Shown here: in pieces, positions 1 to 9,339 of the stretch
Layout: each line of letters starts with the position of its first letter
How positions within the stretch are numbered: the stretch's first letter is position 1
Source of the DNA: Candidatus Poribacteria bacterium
GTDB taxonomy: Bacteria; Poribacteria; WGA-4E; UBA9662
Length of the DNA: 17,470 nucleotides
Assembly: GCA_046582655.1 (NCBI GenBank)
Contig: JAYGDX010000067.1
Location: 1-17,470, forward strand
Reading direction: 5' to 3'
Made by a program: the position numbers and the translations under genes
The notes under the pieces: generated by a model
Seen by the model: only the letters and a program-made list of their open reading frames with translations
What the model was told of the DNA's origin: nothing
The model's database searches: none

Positions 1-140
1 AGTTCTCTCTGTCCGCGACATGGCTGAAATTCCAGTACCGCGGAAAATCGCTACATCAATCAGAGTTAATATCTGGATCAAAATTCGAAACTGTGTTAAG
101 GTGCCCTAATAAGCAAAATAAATAAAGAGGATCTAATTTA

Positions 141-914
141 ATGAGGATCATAACTTCAATATGTTTAGTTACGCTCTTTATATCTTCCACATTTGTTGAA
201 GGAGCTCAATTGGGGTTAGCTGCCGCCTGGCTGTTTGAAGAATCCAATGGAAAAATAGTTAAAGACACTGTTGGTGGTTACGATGGGGAAATTAAAGGAG
301 CCCCGAAATGGGTTGCAAACGGAAAGTTTGGAAGAGCCTTACAGTTCCCAGGCAAAGGGGATAGTTATGTCAGGATAGACCACAACGATGTTTTTAATTC
401 CGATCCCTACACATTCATGGCTTGGACTAAACTGAAACCAACAACTTGGCAGTATATTGTATGGCGAAACGGCGATGTCTGGCCTGAAGAGAAAAACGTT
501 CGACACCTGGACATCTGGATCCACAAAGACACTCATATGCCAGTGTTTATGTGGCATGCAAAGGGAAAGGTCGGTCGGATCAACGGTAAAACAGTCATTG
601 CCGATGATAAATGGCATCATATTTCCAAAGTATACGATGGCAAAACCGTACAGATGTATATGGATGGCAAGATCGACGGAGAGATGCCCAGTGGAGGTAC
701 GCTGGATACTAGCAAATCCCCTATTTGGCTTGGAGCTAGACCCGGAAACGTGGCGGCAACCGGTCTTTTTGACGAAGTTGGTTTTTTTACGGAGGCTCTT
801 TCTGAAGATGAAATTAACAACGTGATGAAACAGGGTTTGATGCAGATTGCCTCGGTTGATCCAACTGCCAAATTAGCCAGCAGTTGGGGAGCAATCAAAC
901 GAACAATAAATTGA
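141..914 (+). CDS. Secreted LamG-like jellyroll (concanavalin A-like lectin/glucanase) domain protein with C-terminal Poribacteria-type motif
   Basis: Hydrophobic N-terminal signal peptide (MRIITSICLVTLFISSTFVEG); LamG-type motifs AAWLFEE, GKFGRALQF, FTFMAW, WHHISKVYDG, MYMDG, GLFDEVGFF..ALS..EI; C-terminus SVDPTAKLASSWGAIK; AGAGG RBS upstream. Confidence 0.9.
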   Translation: MRIITSICLVTLFISSTFVEGAQLGLAAAWLFEESNGKIVKDTVGGYDGEIKGAPKWVANGKFGRALQFPGKGDSYVRIDHNDVFNSDPYTFMAWTKLKPTTWQYIVWRNGDVWPEEKNVRHLDIWIHKDTHMPVFMWHAKGKVGRINGKTVIADDKWHHISKVYDGKTVQMYMDGKIDGEMPSGGTLDTSKSPIWLGARPGNVAATGLFDEVGFFTEALSEDEINNVMKQGLMQIASVDPTAKLASSWGAIKRTIN

Positions 915-943
915 GGAATAACCGTTTATTTGTATAAATCTGG

Positions 944-1669
944 CTATGCGATTCCAGCCAGCATCATCCCTTGTGCATGGCTACCATTGTGTTGACCATC
1001 AATATTATTATCTGCAGGATTTCGCACCTGTATTAGCACCGATTTACGAACCTTGTTTGTAGTATTAATATCCGAACCATGAATAGCCAAGTAATTAAAA
1101 TACACTACGTCACCTCGTTTGGCTGGAATCGCCGTTGCATGGCTAATCGGATACCTGTCTGGATCAAGATACCGTCCCTTCTTAGAGAATACAGGGAGAT
1201 GACCGGATTTGTGTGAACCTCGGTACATTTTCAAACATCCCATCTCTTCTGTTGCATCGGAAATATGAATGGTTGCAGCCAATAAGGAGTCCTTTTCATG
1301 CCTCATCCAAGCAGCGTCCTGGTGCATAGGGAATCCAATTCCTTGTTCAGTTCCTTTCCGAAATAGCTTGGTATGGTGCAGTTGCACGTTTGGCCCCATT
1401 AAACTGACGAACCCATCGGTTAAAGGTTGATGAAATAACAGCAACTTAGTCCACCGAAAATCATACATTTGCAGGTCATGACATCCCTCTACACTTTTGG
1501 ACTGCGGCTGATTTCCCTTCCATTCTCCGTGAGTGAAATCCCTTAGCCGCCCTTTAATACAAGATTCAAAAGCATCTTCCATTTCTCCCATTTCAGTTTC
1601 TGTATACAACCCTGTAACTTTTACAAATCCGTCTTCATGGAAAGTTTGAAACTGCTGATCAGTTAACAC
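944..1669 (-). CDS. Phytanoyl-CoA dioxygenase (PhyH) family Fe(II)/2-oxoglutarate dioxygenase, canonical HxD triad
   Basis: N-terminal F.EDGFV, H116-Q-D118, GCL...RGSHK, GDVVYF...IHGS, distal RKS; GTG start preceded by AGGAG. Confidence 0.9.
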   Translation of the reverse strand: MLTDQQFQTFHEDGFVKVTGLYTETEMGEMEDAFESCIKGRLRDFTHGEWKGNQPQSKSVEGCHDLQMYDFRWTKLLLFHQPLTDGFVSLMGPNVQLHHTKLFRKGTEQGIGFPMHQDAAWMRHEKDSLLAATIHISDATEEMGCLKMYRGSHKSGHLPVFSKKGRYLDPDRYPISHATAIPAKRGDVVYFNYLAIHGSDINTTNKVRKSVLIQVRNPADNNIDGQHNGSHAQGMMLAGIA

Positions 1670-1826
1670 ATTTTTCTCCTTAGGTCTTTTGATAAAATGA
1701 ATTGATTCTATTTAATATCATCCAGATGGATTTCCCCGATGAATCACCAAGATTTAGTATAATTAATCCGGCGAGGGAATTTGGTCAGGGTGATTACCGT
1801 GGATCTATTCTTAAGTTTTCAGGGAA

Positions 1827-3125
1827 TCAACCAAGTGGTGGCATCAGTTCTTTTTGGGATTCAAGCAGTTGATCGATAACCGTTCGGATTTGAGGAAGTG
1901 TCAGTTGGGACGCCGTATTTGGATCAACCATAGCCGAGTGATACACGTATTCTCGTTTCTGTTCTAATATGGATTGGACGGTCAACCCCTGCATGCTGAC
2001 ATTACTTTGACATAAGCTGGCACACTGAGGCGGTAGATCCCCGACATAACATCCTTGTACACCAACACGGTTTACCAAACACGGCACTTCCACACAACAC
2101 CGATCCAGCAAGTTAGTAATTAGCGCTGTATTGCACACGTTGCCATAGATATAGGTTGGTGTATCAGTCTCAATGGCATGAATAATTGTGGCTGCGTATT
2201 CGTTCGATTTTTGTAGTTCAAGGTTGGCTGATTTGGATTCTTCAATAGCCTGTTTAATCCGGATCTGGCGTGTTTCATTCTGTTTGGCAAATGTTTCTCC
2301 AGTTCGAATAGGTTGTTTTAACCTCTTCATTTCCTCAACGTGCGGCATAACGTAAGGGACATATTCAGCCATGTGGCGGGACGATTCGGTGACAAAGTAA
2401 CCAAAGTGTTTGAAAATTTCAAAGCGGACTGGATCCTTTTCAAAAATTCCCGGATCGTTTAAACAATCTCTTAACCGTGGGTACAAATCCTCACCGTTCA
2501 TACTAAGATCGAGGAACCAGGCCATATGGTTAATCCCTGCGGTAAGATAGCGCATCTGTTCGTAATCTATCTCCATATAGTTGGAGAGTTGCTTGCTCGT
2601 TCCTTGAACACTATGACAGAGACCTACAGCAGATATACTTGTTTCTTGATGTATAGCCCACATGATCATGGCCATCGGATTGGTATAGTTCAGCATCACT
2701 GCATCGGGACAGCGCATTTCCATATCTCGGGCGATGTCGAGCATAACAGGAATGGTTCGTAGTCCTTTCATGATGCCACCGATACCAACCGTATCGGAAA
2801 CCGTTTGCCGTAATCCCGCGGTTTCGTATGGGATCTGAACATCCAGTTTTTCCGGTTCAAGGTCATTTCCTACCCGAATTGAAGCGATCACATAGTCAGC
2901 ACCGTCCAGAGCGGATTCACGGGTGGTCGCCTGGAAGACTTTTGTTGGTAAATGATTGTGCTTAATCAATTGATTCACGAAGTCATAGGTAATTGATACT
3001 CTTTCCTGATTTGGATCAACCAAATGAATGCTCGAATCCTCCAGTTCTGGAAAAGAGATAATATCGCGCACCAACCTGCGACCAAATCCCAAACTACCTG
3101 CACCAATAAACGCTATTTTTGCCAT
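1827..3125 (-). CDS. melA: Glycoside hydrolase family 4 (NAD+/Mn2+-dependent), alpha-galactosidase/alpha-glucosidase type
   Basis: KIAFIGAGS Rossmann motif, DTVGIGG, LNYTNPM, GLCHSVQGT (metal-binding Cys), AGINHMAWF, VTESSRHMAEY, VEVPC; substrate specificity within GH4 is not proven. Confidence 0.9.
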   Translation of the reverse strand: MAKIAFIGAGSLGFGRRLVRDIISFPELEDSSIHLVDPNQERVSITYDFVNQLIKHNHLPTKVFQATTRESALDGADYVIASIRVGNDLEPEKLDVQIPYETAGLRQTVSDTVGIGGIMKGLRTIPVMLDIARDMEMRCPDAVMLNYTNPMAMIMWAIHQETSISAVGLCHSVQGTSKQLSNYMEIDYEQMRYLTAGINHMAWFLDLSMNGEDLYPRLRDCLNDPGIFEKDPVRFEIFKHFGYFVTESSRHMAEYVPYVMPHVEEMKRLKQPIRTGETFAKQNETRQIRIKQAIEESKSANLELQKSNEYAATIIHAIETDTPTYIYGNVCNTALITNLLDRCCVEVPCLVNRVGVQGCYVGDLPPQCASLCQSNVSMQGLTVQSILEQKREYVYHSAMVDPNTASQLTLPQIRTVIDQLLESQKELMPPLG

Positions 3126-3154
3126 ATCAATTTTCTCTACCTTCTGTGATCATT

Positions 3155-3949
3155 TCAAGATGCCTGTACCAGCTGAAAGATGCACGATTGCGGAATGAAA
3201 TGCACCGGCATAGGTGTAAACCGATCGGCTAAATGGTCGGCGAGCAATTTCATTCCGTAAACCTCACTAACTGCATGATTTACCACGATTACCGGGATAC
3301 CCATGTCGATTGAGAAGGCACCATCCCGCCAATAGGTAAATCCATCATCAGTACAAATCGCTAGATCGACCTGATAATTATCGATTAAATTAGTGAATGG
3401 TGTTATCGCTCCGGTACCAATAGCTACACGCGAAACCATCTGATGCTCAGGGCCAATCAGCTGTACAGCATTTTGCCCCAATTCTTTCACCTTTCCTGCT
3501 ACTTCACGCGCCACAGTCAGTGCGGTCTGACCCGAGACATCATAGACCCGAAAGTACCCCTCTCCGGCCACCGGACCTTCAAACCCGAGTTGCGTTGCCC
3601 ATGAATCTGGAATACCAATTTCAGGTACCTGGTCCCACAGATCGTGACAACGTAAAATGATCAGTTCACTATCTTCAATCATTTTACGTTTGGCTGCAAC
3701 CCCTTGATAACGGAATATATTCTGATCGGTATCATGATGATTATAGTAGGTCGGCTCGTGGGTAATAAACATGTTGCAATCTAACTCCAAGGCGCGTTGA
3801 AGAGCCCAAGTGTACCCCATCCAACCGACAGCTACACCGCGCACCTCGGTTGTCGGGTCCCCCGACTTGAAGGTATCAACCGTATTTCCCCAGTTGACCC
3901 AACCGCCGTCTATCGTTTTTAAATATTCCCTGACATCCTCTGCGTTCAC
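3155..3949 (-). CDS. NIF3/YbgI-like dinuclear metal-centre protein
   Basis: VDTFKSGDP..EVRGVAV, ITHEPTYY, RCHDLWD, RVAIGTG, NHAVSE metal-ligand motifs; GTG start with GGAGG RBS. Confidence 0.85.
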   Translation of the reverse strand: MNAEDVREYLKTIDGGWVNWGNTVDTFKSGDPTTEVRGVAVGWMGYTWALQRALELDCNMFITHEPTYYNHHDTDQNIFRYQGVAAKRKMIEDSELIILRCHDLWDQVPEIGIPDSWATQLGFEGPVAGEGYFRVYDVSGQTALTVAREVAGKVKELGQNAVQLIGPEHQMVSRVAIGTGAITPFTNLIDNYQVDLAICTDDGFTYWRDGAFSIDMGIPVIVVNHAVSEVYGMKLLADHLADRFTPMPVHFIPQSCIFQLVQAS

Positions 3950-3973
3950 CTGATTCCCTCCCTAAACCACAGG

Positions 3974-4960
3974 TTAACTTTCCGAAGCTTGGATAGTCCG
4001 CCCTTCTCTTGCCGATTGATAGATCTTTTCTAACAAGTCAACTGTCCGGCGTCCCTCTCTGCCATCAATCCGGACCTGACTTCCATTCTCTATAGCCCCA
4101 ACCATATCCGAGATGATACTGGTTACATTGTCTTCTACCGAATCCAGTCGCTCTTGCAAACCGTTACCAATGACACGCATTTTTCCGCTTAGTACCTCAT
4201 CGATCAATACACCACCATCAGTTCCGTGTACTTCAGCACTAAAGTACACGCTTTCTGGAAATGTAGTGGTTCCGACGATTACACCCTTGGCACCGCTCTT
4301 GAAGTTGACGACGGCTAATCCAATATCTTCCGTTTCAATATCATGATTCATAATGGCAGTTTCACCATAAACTGACTGGTAATCCCCCATGAACCAAGAA
4401 ATGAGATCCAGTAGATGAGCTCCTTGATTAGCCAATGATCCTCCACCGTCCATTTCCCATGTTCCTCGCCAGCCATTTCCGTGCTTGAAATACTCGTCTG
4501 ACCGGAACCACTTGAAGCGAACTTCTCCTAGAATTGGTTTTCCCAACCAACCACGTTTAAGGGCCTCCGCTACACGATAGTTGTTCTCGACGTATCGGCT
4601 TTGATAGTCAACAGCCAATATCACACCGGCTTCATCGCAGGCCGAAATTAGTCGGTCACAGGCTTCTGTAGTGACGTCCATAGGCTTAGTAGTAATTACA
4701 TGTTTACCTGCTTTAGCAACACGAATCCCAAGTTCGGCATGTGTACCACTTGGTGTCATTACCATTACGCAATCGATGTCACTTCGTCCGAGTGTATCGT
4801 CTAAATTGGTTGTCCATTCGACGTTCAACTCCTCGCCGTTTTTTTTCGCCAATTCTTCATTTAGGTCGACCACACACTTTAGTTCTGCTCCTTCTGTCTG
4901 TTGAATCAACCGGGATCGGCCTCGTCCCATACCTAAACCAACAACTGCAAATTTAACCAT
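3974..4960 (-). CDS. Gfo/Idh/MocA family NAD(P)-dependent oxidoreductase
   Basis: FAVVGLGMG, TPSGTH, AGKHVITTKPM, WRGTWEMDGGGSLANQGAHLLD, IETED, IYQSAREG; AGGAG RBS. Confidence 0.92.
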   Translation of the reverse strand: MVKFAVVGLGMGRGRSRLIQQTEGAELKCVVDLNEELAKKNGEELNVEWTTNLDDTLGRSDIDCVMVMTPSGTHAELGIRVAKAGKHVITTKPMDVTTEACDRLISACDEAGVILAVDYQSRYVENNYRVAEALKRGWLGKPILGEVRFKWFRSDEYFKHGNGWRGTWEMDGGGSLANQGAHLLDLISWFMGDYQSVYGETAIMNHDIETEDIGLAVVNFKSGAKGVIVGTTTFPESVYFSAEVHGTDGGVLIDEVLSGKMRVIGNGLQERLDSVEDNVTSIISDMVGAIENGSQVRIDGREGRRTVDLLEKIYQSAREGRTIQASES

Positions 4961-5033
4961 AAAAAATCTCCTGTTTATTGGATTCCTTTAAATTCTGTAA
5001 AATACTTTAAACGCGGCAGCCAAGCTCGTATTT

Positions 5034-5975
5034 TCAATTTCCTAAACTTTCGGAAATATGTCCAAATATACCATTGAGCCTCGCCATATCATCGGATGGT
5101 AGCGGAGGCCCTAGAATAGCATCAACGTTGGATCTTAAGTGTGATAGCTTTGAAGTGCCAGTGATGACGGTAGATACCGCCTTTGAAGCAGCTGCAAATT
5201 TATAGGCAGCTGCTGTTACCGATTCCACACCGTCTTTTACTAACCATCCGAGCGGATTCTTATCAGGCAGCTCGTCTCTTGGGATCACGTCCTTCTTTTT
5301 GAGATCAGCTATAGTTTTTTCCAGTACTTCGACTCTACTGAGAGCCCTACGCACAGCTATCATGATCAATACGCCAACTTTATGGGCATCGCATAGCGGA
5401 AATACAGTTTTCTCTGCCGTCTGATTCAACAAATTGTAACCGACCATCACTGTATCAAACAGGTTATCCTTCACGGCACGTTGCAGAACCTGATGATCGC
5501 CATCTTTAAAATACATTTCCGTGATGCCAATGAAACGGATCTTACCTTGCGATTTGAGTTTTTGGGCAGTAGATACCAAACTGTCTCTTACACCATCATA
5601 TTCATTGGATTGAACACCATGAAACTGAAAAATATCGATAGTCTCTAGTTGCAATCGTTTTAAACTTGTTTCCACCTGATGAGTAAGTTTTGATGCAGTG
5701 AGTATACGATTGTCTTTGACTGGTCGGGTCTTGGTAGCAATATAGTATCGGTTTCGGTCGACAGTTTTAAGGGCACGCCCCAGAATTTCTTCACTTTGAC
5801 CATATCCGCTAGCGGTATCTATCAGGTTAATTCCTATGTCCAAGGCGGTGTGCAACAATCTGTGCGCTTCCGGTTCAGGTACGCCCGTATTTTGTCCAAG
5901 GCGGCTTGGACCTCCAGATCCTAAGGAAACCAGAGATACCCGCAATCCCGTTCGTCCAAGCATCCGATATTTCAT
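5034..5975 (-). CDS. Aldo/keto reductase
   Basis: MKYRMLGRTGLRVS..SLG, GINLIDTASGYG, IATK, SLKRL..ETIDIFQFH, GKIRFIG, YNLLNQ, TVITG. Start moved from the track's TTG at 6014 to ATG at 5975, which has a GGAGGAG RBS and gives the typical AKR N-terminus. Confidence 0.92.
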   Translation of the reverse strand: MKYRMLGRTGLRVSLVSLGSGGPSRLGQNTGVPEPEAHRLLHTALDIGINLIDTASGYGQSEEILGRALKTVDRNRYYIATKTRPVKDNRILTASKLTHQVETSLKRLQLETIDIFQFHGVQSNEYDGVRDSLVSTAQKLKSQGKIRFIGITEMYFKDGDHQVLQRAVKDNLFDTVMVGYNLLNQTAEKTVFPLCDAHKVGVLIMIAVRRALSRVEVLEKTIADLKKKDVIPRDELPDKNPLGWLVKDGVESVTAAAYKFAAASKAVSTVITGTSKLSHLRSNVDAILGPPLPSDDMARLNGIFGHISESLGN

Positions 5976-6016
5976 TATCAACTCCTCCAGATTACAGACA
6001 ATTTTATCTGCCAAGC

Positions 6017-6045
6017 ATCATACCACAATGAATTCCTTCCTTCAA
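6017..6045 (-). promoter_or_regulatory. Putative sigma70 promoter for the minus-strand AKR-to-GH4 operon
   Basis: On the minus strand TTGAAG (6045-6040), 17-bp spacer, extended -10 TGgTATGAT (6025-6017), about 40 bp upstream of the AKR ATG. Confidence 0.6.
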
Positions 6046-6118
6046 CATATCCTCTATGATGAAGGAATATTTGACCTGGCACCTTTTGATTCGGCCCTTC
6101 ATTTAATGTAAATTATCA

Positions 6119-6147
6119 TTGACAAAATTCACCTTCTGTCCTAAATT
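6119..6147 (+). promoter_or_regulatory. Putative sigma70 promoter for the dehydratase operon
   Basis: Perfect TTGACA (6119-6124), 17-bp spacer, TAAATT (6142-6147), about 50 bp upstream of GTG at 6197. Confidence 0.65.
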
Positions 6148-6196
6148 GAATACCATATGAGTTGCCAAGTTCAACTGATAATTAGAGGGGACATAA

Positions 6197-7339
6197 GTGA
6201 AGATAACAGGTATTAAAACCTTTGTCGCTCAATTTGGAAATCGGCCAAGAGCTTTACTGAAAGTTGAAACTGATGAAGGTGTTTATGGTTGGGGCGAAGC
6301 ATATTCAACCGGTCCAGATCTTTCGGTGGAACCAATAGCCAATTACATTTTTGAAATGATTAAAGGTGACGATCCTCGCCGAATTGAATACATAATGATG
6401 AAATTGCATCAACAGTTTCGATTCCCTCCAGGCGGAGTCGGTTTGTCAGCTATATCTGCTGTTGATCATGCCCTGTGGGATATCAGTGGTAAGGCCGCTG
6501 GGTTACCAGTCTACATGTTGCTTGGCGGCGCGGTGCGGGATAGGATTCGTGTTTATCATGGTATCGGCGGCCGAAGCGGAAGAGAACTTAGTGATAGAGC
6601 ACAACAACTCCATCAAGAATGGGGGTTCACTGTCTTTAAAACAGGACCATATCTCCTTAATCCAGACGCAGATCGATGGGGACGGGTTTGTAACGCCGCG
6701 GCTGATTATTTTGCCGACATTCGAAAACATACACCTGAGGGTTGGGAATTCGCTTTTGATCCACATGCCAAAATTTTAGAACCCATTCGAGCGTTACAGT
6801 TGGCCAATGCTCTAGCGCCGTATGACCCCTACTTTTATGAGGAACCCTTGAGACCGGAACATATTCCTGCCTGGTCAAAGTTAAGGGCTCAAATGCAAGT
6901 GCCTCTGGCTACAGGTGAATCGCTGTACACGCGTTTTGAATTTCTTAACCTGATTGCTGCACAAGGCGCTGATATTATTCAACCTGATATTTGCATTTGC
7001 GGAGGGTTGTTGGAAATGCGGAAAATTGCGGCTATTGCCGAGGCTCATTACGTAACAATCGCGCCGCATAACCCAATGGGACCGCTAGCCACAGCGGTTA
7101 ACGTACACTTTGCTGCAGCGACACCCAATTTTAAAATCCTGGAATATATTCTGCCGACCAACTCGGAGTGGAGTAACTGGATTGATGAACCATATTTACC
7201 TAAAGACGGATATTTGGAACTACGGGATCGGCCCGGACTAGGGGTTGAAGTCAACGAGGATGCTATTCGTGATAACGACTATACACATTGGCAGCGCACC
7301 TGTCCAATTAGACCTGATGGGTCAACCGGTTATATTTGA
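6197..7339 (+). CDS. dgoD: Enolase-superfamily (mandelate racemase subgroup) acid-sugar dehydratase, D-galactonate dehydratase-like
   Basis: LLKVETDEG..GWGE, SAISAVDHALWDI.GK, LLGGAVRDRIRVY, FTVFK, FDPH, FYEEP, ATGE, IIQPD, APHNP, LEY, C-terminal W...PDGS; family is certain, exact substrate is not. Confidence 0.85.
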   Translation: MKITGIKTFVAQFGNRPRALLKVETDEGVYGWGEAYSTGPDLSVEPIANYIFEMIKGDDPRRIEYIMMKLHQQFRFPPGGVGLSAISAVDHALWDISGKAAGLPVYMLLGGAVRDRIRVYHGIGGRSGRELSDRAQQLHQEWGFTVFKTGPYLLNPDADRWGRVCNAAADYFADIRKHTPEGWEFAFDPHAKILEPIRALQLANALAPYDPYFYEEPLRPEHIPAWSKLRAQMQVPLATGESLYTRFEFLNLIAAQGADIIQPDICICGGLLEMRKIAAIAEAHYVTIAPHNPMGPLATAVNVHFAAATPNFKILEYILPTNSEWSNWIDEPYLPKDGYLELRDRPGLGVEVNEDAIRDNDYTHWQRTCPIRPDGSTGYI

Positions 7340-7381
7340 ACCAGCTAAGGAAGGCAATCTGAAAAGAAGCAGGAGATAACG

Positions 7382-9304
7382 ATGAACCAAACTAAGGATA
7401 GCGGTCAAAAAAAATATTTTAATCGTTATGTTGCCCTATTGGCCATGGCCGGAGACCCGGCGTTTGTTAGTTTCCTCGAAGAAGCCAGACCTCAAGTTGT
7501 CCAAATGGGGTTCTACGGCCCTCAACTTTATGCACTTGGTGATACTGAACTAGGAAGTGGGTATCCAATGAACCTGCCAGCTCGCGGTGTTCACGAAGTT
7601 TTGGATTGGCAGAAACAGTTCAATCAGCGAATACACGATATTGGAGGGAAAGTTATTGGTCATTTTTCCATGACAATTGCTTGGGGGGATCCGAAGGAAA
7701 AAACAGGATTCTTTGAATCTTATAATGACGACTCATGGCACACGGAATTGCTTGGTCCCAAACCTGTCGATCAAATTAATGATCTAGTCCACAAACAGCC
7801 TGATGGTCAGATGATTGTCGGGGATCGGTATGGATTCCCATGGGTGGCGGGCTGTAGTAATAATCCGCATTGGCGTCAATTACACAGGAAGATGGTTGAG
7901 ATTGCGATTACCCGATGTGATGTTGATGGGTTTGTCTCACTTTACAACTACAATCATGGTTGTGCTTGTGATTATTGCAACCAGGCTTTTCGCGCATATC
8001 TTCTGGATCGGTATTCACCTAAGGAAATTAATTCGAAGTTCGATATCGGTGACCTGGATTCGTTTCGGCTAGATGGAACGTTAGGGAAAGTTCCAGGTTG
8101 GATTGACTCAGATAGTCCCCACCCAGCAGGTCTACAGATTGAAGCGATGCGTTTCTCTCAGTCTACTTGGAAACAGCACTACGATGAAATATTCATTGAA
8201 ACGGGACGTGAACTTAAACCAGATCTGATATTGGGTTCATGGAACCATCTCGGATTCATGAACCCTCATGAACGAAACGTCATGCCGAAAGAGATGTGGG
8301 GACGTGATGAAGATTTGTTATGGTACAGTACCGGAGCGGGTACCGGAACCGTTGCTAATGGAGATGCCGGCGTTCGGATGCTGAACCTAAAATTTATATG
8401 GGAACTTTCAGATCATAAACTTCCAGTATTAGGAAGGTATGAAGGAACACGAACTCGCGCCAGCATTGCAGAAGGCTTAGCTTGTCAAGGACCGGGTATG
8501 GGATTGTATTGTAATTGGAAAGATCCTGATGGCAGTAAGGCTTTTATCGATTACTTTCATTTTGCCGAAGAATTTCAGTCTTACTACCACCCAGTAGAGA
8601 GTTATGCCGAGGTGGCTCTGGTTTTTCCGCGCCAATCGGTTTTGAACTGCGACGATCAACCTGTTGAACGCTTTCGCCAGATGGGACAGTTTCTGATGGA
8701 TGAACATATTTTATTTGATGTCTTATCCGATCAGAACATCTCTGCGAAACGCTTGGACCAATATCGTGGTATTGTTCTTACTGACACAAATGCACTCAGC
8801 CAAAGTCAGACCGAGTTACTCGCCGAATATGCGACTCGGAATAATCCGGTCATTTTCACCGTAAATCCAGAAGATGTCCCCCTCGCGCGCAACCAATTAA
8901 CCGGGAACGAAAAGGTATTCCATGTGGCATTGGATGATCGTTCTAAACTAGTATCGGTGTTGCAAGATGAAATCCATGGCGGAGTATCGACATTCGATAC
9001 GATGTGGACGGTCCGCGTTAATGCTTATCTACAAACGGAAAGGGTTGTGATTCATTTTGTAAATTACAACCGTATTGAATCAGAAGCTGGTGGTCCGGCC
9101 AATGAATCGCCAATTGCTATATCTGATGTCGGTGTTAATCTGAGATTGAAAGACAGCAGTAAAAAAATTACAGAAGTAACTTTTTTGTCTCCGGAATCGC
9201 CGCATCGTGAGGATTTAACTTGGAATCAGGATTCGGATCGGCTTCATTTCCAGATTAGATCTATGTTGGTTTATGGGGTTGTGGTAATTGAGATGACCCC
9301 GTAA
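7382..9304 (+). CDS. Uncharacterised glycoside-hydrolase-like protein (putative TIM barrel plus GH42 beta-galactosidase trimerisation-like domain)
   Basis: GCSNNPHWR, VDGF, CACDYC..AFRAYL Cys cluster as in GH42-like barrels, GRELKPD, then AEVALVF..QS, HILFDVL, L..Y..IVL..T..LS, VVIHFVNY; AGGAG RBS; no signal peptide. Confidence 0.6.
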   Translation: MNQTKDSGQKKYFNRYVALLAMAGDPAFVSFLEEARPQVVQMGFYGPQLYALGDTELGSGYPMNLPARGVHEVLDWQKQFNQRIHDIGGKVIGHFSMTIAWGDPKEKTGFFESYNDDSWHTELLGPKPVDQINDLVHKQPDGQMIVGDRYGFPWVAGCSNNPHWRQLHRKMVEIAITRCDVDGFVSLYNYNHGCACDYCNQAFRAYLLDRYSPKEINSKFDIGDLDSFRLDGTLGKVPGWIDSDSPHPAGLQIEAMRFSQSTWKQHYDEIFIETGRELKPDLILGSWNHLGFMNPHERNVMPKEMWGRDEDLLWYSTGAGTGTVANGDAGVRMLNLKFIWELSDHKLPVLGRYEGTRTRASIAEGLACQGPGMGLYCNWKDPDGSKAFIDYFHFAEEFQSYYHPVESYAEVALVFPRQSVLNCDDQPVERFRQMGQFLMDEHILFDVLSDQNISAKRLDQYRGIVLTDTNALSQSQTELLAEYATRNNPVIFTVNPEDVPLARNQLTGNEKVFHVALDDRSKLVSVLQDEIHGGVSTFDTMWTVRVNAYLQTERVVIHFVNYNRIESEAGGPANESPIAISDVGVNLRLKDSSKKITEVTFLSPESPHREDLTWNQDSDRLHFQIRSMLVYGVVVIEMTP

Positions 9305-9339
9305 ATAATTCAAATGTATTCAATTATAAAGTTGGTTGT

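Noticed and set aside
1..125. Frames +2 and +3 are open from the window start (stops at 107-109 and 123-125), possibly the 3' end of an upstream gene
   Set aside because: Too short, no recognisable motif, and the frame cannot be chosen
1720..1795. Short palindrome ATCCA-GA-TGGAT and AATCACC/GGTGATT inverted pair between GH4 and PhyH
   Set aside because: Weak pairing, no U-tract and no second copy in the window, so not supportable as a terminator or REP
5976..6014. 13-aa N-terminal extension of the AKR given in the ORF track
   Set aside because: TTG start without RBS, directly next to the predicted -10; ATG 5975 has a strong RBS
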